The notes beneath the pieces are model-generated. The model was not told where the DNA came from, did not search any database, and saw only the letters and a program-made list of their open reading frames with translations. The translations under genes were made by a program, and so were the position numbers. Source: a virus (taxonomy: Duplodnaviria > Caudoviricetes). From it: a stretch of 45,536 bases of DNA. Shown piece after piece: positions 43,187-45,536 of the stretch; positions within the stretch are counted from its first letter, which is position 1; every line of letters starts with the position of its first letter. The stretch covers positions 1-45,536 of IMG/VR virus record IMGVR_UViG_3300043394_000603. One strand, 5' to 3'.

Positions 43187-43946
43187 TGATAACCAACTCC
43201 GCTTCGTAAGTATTGTTTTCAGGAATTTTAACCGATTCAAGTTTTGTGGCAATATTGATTTGAACCGCATTTTGCTGGTTTTTTCCGTCACTAAAATTAA
43301 TCGCGGCGGCTTCCGCCAGTTGTTTAATGTTTCTCATCATGCCCAAGGCTTCCATGCCATCAAGATCTTGTGCCGCGTCTGCCGCCTTTACCAATACTTT
43401 TCCAGTAAGAAACTTGATGGATTTTTTCATTGTTTCGATTGATGCTGTTATGTCAGAAAGAAGTGTTGGAACATCGTCATTTTCCCAAGGCGCGGGAGAG
43501 TTTTCATTGGCCAGTCTTTCTCGGCATATTTTCCAGCGTTGAGTTTCTGACCAAAGCTTAATAGTTGAATAGCCGACCCCTAATTCATCGGAAATGTCTG
43601 CCATGGTTTTTCCAGAACAAAACATTGAAAATGCTTTTATACACTGCAACCTTTTCTCCTTGGCCATTGCTTCCATTTTTGGAGGGACGGGAACCAGCTT
43701 GCTTGGTCTTTCAATTTCCCAAGGATAATGGTTTTCCTGATCGGGATTTTCTTGCCATGTTTTGGCGTGGTCTTCCCATTTTTCGCTGTGAATAAAACGA
43801 GAAAGAATGGGATAAGATGTAATACCCATTGCTTTCATTATTTCTTTAGTACCCCTTCCAGCGGCATAAAGTCGAAATGCGTTTTGTTTTTTTATTTTGT
43901 TTTCTGGTAAATCCCAGTCGATCTTCTTCTTGCTCTGTTTAGCCAT
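43179..43946 (-). CDS. tandem-HTH protein, probable terminase small subunit
   Basis: Two AF.(L/M)(Y/F)..G....I...(M/L)G....I......W HTH repeats, helical middle, QINI tail; adjacent to terL. Confidence 0.55.
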   Translation of the reverse strand: MAKQSKKKIDWDLPENKIKKQNAFRLYAAGRGTKEIMKAMGITSYPILSRFIHSEKWEDHAKTWQENPDQENHYPWEIERPSKLVPVPPKMEAMAKEKRLQCIKAFSMFCSGKTMADISDELGVGYSTIKLWSETQRWKICRERLANENSPAPWENDDVPTLLSDITASIETMKKSIKFLTGKVLVKAADAAQDLDGMEALGMMRNIKQLAEAAAINFSDGKNQQNAVQINIATKLESVKIPENNTYEAELVINE

Positions 43947-43974
43947 TCAGATTAGTGTAATATAAATTTAAAAG

Positions 43975-45536
43975 ATGGCAATAGAAGATCAAGGAATCGA
44001 AAAATACGGAAGGCTGTGGAAATCCAAGGACGGGCAACCCATTACGCCGCTCCGAATTGAGATGGACGCTTTTCTCATGGGTCTGACCCCAGAAGATGGG
44101 GGGCTAGGCAAGGCGCAGCATTATCGAAATATCGTGTCCGCAATTTGGCCTACGTTCCAATGGCACAAGTGGGCAGAATTGTCTGCTCAAGCTTTTTGTA
44201 CAAATACCTACGAGGTTGACGAAGCCAGCGGCAATAGATTTGTCCGCAGCGTTACTGGTCTTGCTGGCGGAACCGATTCTGGCAAATCCTATGGCATGGC
44301 CGCATTCGCTTTGGTCAATTGGTTTTGCGATCCCATCAACACCATGTGCATTGTGGTTTCAACATCTAAAATTGACGCAAAACAACGTATCTGGGCGGCA
44401 TTGGTTAAGATGTATCGCGAAGCTCGAAACGTGGGAATTGCCGCTGGTCGGCTAATTGAATCAATGGATATCATCAAGCTGTCCGACGAAGAGGGGGCAG
44501 TTATAGATCCGAAAACTGGCGTTAGCGATGCTTCTTCCATCATGCTTTTGGCGGCTGGTGACGAATATAAAGATGATGCGCAGAAACGCCTTCAAGGCAA
44601 AAAAAACCGCCGCATTGTTTTGATCATCGATGAGCTTCAAGACTGTCAGCCAGAAGGAACAAAAGTTTTAACGCCAGATCGCGGTGAGATAAATATCGAA
44701 GAATTAAAAGATGGCGACTATGTTGTGACGCACCACAAATCGCATATTTTTGGTAGTGGCCGAAGAATAAATGGGGTGTGTAGTAAGCACTTTGATGGGA
44801 ACCTTATAAAAGTTTCTACCTCTACTGGACTCACAACCCGATATACGCCAGATCATATTTGTATTGCTAGGATTGGCCCAGCATTGGATGGAAAAACAAT
44901 TTTGTATTTAATGAAACGCGGAAATTCATTTCGTGTTGGAACAACATCTAAAAGGCACGGACATGACACTAATGGAGTATTTGGTGTTTCTGGAAGACTG
45001 TTTGAAGAAGGCGGAGATTGCTCTTGGATTCTTGATGTATTTGATAACAAGCAGGACGCACTAATGGCCGAAGCTTTTACTTCAGTAAAATTTGGAATCC
45101 CAGAAGTGATGTATGTTGATCGTGGGCATCCTAATAGTGCTGGACAGGAGAGAATTGATAACTTTTGGAAAAAAATTGGTGATTTAACGGAAAACGCCAA
45201 GAGATGCTTAGAGTTTTACGGAAGAAAAATTGAATATCCGTTAATTGATAGGACTGATCCATTAAAGAAAAAGAGTCGAGTTCAACAGTTTCCGATGAGT
45301 CGATTGGTTCAAATCAGGGCCTGTAATCTAATGAATGGAATGCATGTCATTGATTCATCCATTGCGCTTAACGGAAAGAACAGCGGAAAGGTTAATAGGC
45401 ATGGGCCGTGGTGGACGCCTATAAGTGTCGAGAAACAGCCGTATTGCGGGAAAATATGGTCAATGAACGTAGAGGATCATCATACTTATATTGGCGATGG
45501 GATCGTTACACACAACTGTTCTGCTTCCGTGATTAA
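43975..45536 (+). CDS. terL: terminase large subunit ATPase domain with intein (partial, runs off the window)
   Basis: Open frame from ATG 43975 to the window end; Walker A GGTDSGKS, Walker B IVLIIDE; absent from the ORF track, probably because no stop lies in the window. Confidence 0.85.
   Translation, partial: MAIEDQGIEKYGRLWKSKDGQPITPLRIEMDAFLMGLTPEDGGLGKAQHYRNIVSAIWPTFQWHKWAELSAQAFCTNTYEVDEASGNRFVRSVTGLAGGTDSGKSYGMAAFALVNWFCDPINTMCIVVSTSKIDAKQRIWAALVKMYREARNVGIAAGRLIESMDIIKLSDEEGAVIDPKTGVSDASSIMLLAAGDEYKDDAQKRLQGKKNRRIVLIIDELQDCQPEGTKVLTPDRGEINIEELKDGDYVVTHHKSHIFGSGRRINGVCSKHFDGNLIKVSTSTGLTTRYTPDHICIARIGPALDGKTILYLMKRGNSFRVGTTSKRHGHDTNGVFGVSGRLFEEGGDCSWILDVFDNKQDALMAEAFTSVKFGIPEVMYVDRGHPNSAGQERIDNFWKKIGDLTENAKRCLEFYGRKIEYPLIDRTDPLKKKSRVQQFPMSRLVQIRACNLMNGMHVIDSSIALNGKNSGKVNRHGPWWTPISVEKQPYCGKIWSMNVEDHHTYIGDGIVTHNCSASVI
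44644..45516 (+). mobile_element. 291-aa intein in terL with an internal non-LAGLIDADG domain
   Basis: Starts CQPEGTKV (block A), TPDH (block B), ends NVEDHHTYIGDGIVTHN followed by Cys+1. Confidence 0.92.

Noticed and set aside
1-45536. Stop-codon reassignment or alternative genetic code
   Set aside because: Long genes are uninterrupted in the standard code, TAA, TAG and TGA all end coupled genes, and no suppressor tRNA was seen

Overview
This is a 45.5-kb piece of a tailed dsDNA bacteriophage genome, probably podovirus-like. Most genes lack Shine-Dalgarno sites and have short AC-rich leaders. From left to right it contains: small middle genes and a Cas4-like PD-(D/E)XK nuclease (1-3557); a virion/ejection-protein block ending in a 3514-aa polyvalent protein with zincin, GHKL-ATPase and second zincin motifs (3586-17236); an oppositely oriented glycosyltransferase/methyltransferase operon (17233-20316); many small early-type genes (20370-26410); a non-coding purine/G-run-rich region (26420-27250); leftward middle genes including a Mom-like acetyltransferase, dCMP deaminase, RusA-like resolvase, a stand-alone DnaB N-domain and a tRNA(GUG) (27250-36915); a roughly 1.1-kb structured non-coding RNA cluster around tRNA(CAU) (37025-38150); rightward middle genes and the DnaB helicase (38200-42642); and divergent putative small and large terminase genes. 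The large terminase gene is missing from the ORF track and carries an intein. The most notable observations are an ECF-sigma-type promoter motif (TGAAC-N17-GTCWA) in 10 exactly spaced copies, the unexplained structured RNAs including an 82-nt CCA-ended tRNA-like molecule, a His-anticodon tRNA with a Gln-type body, and the GHKL ATPase inside the giant protein. All calls come from reading motifs by eye; no database searches were run.
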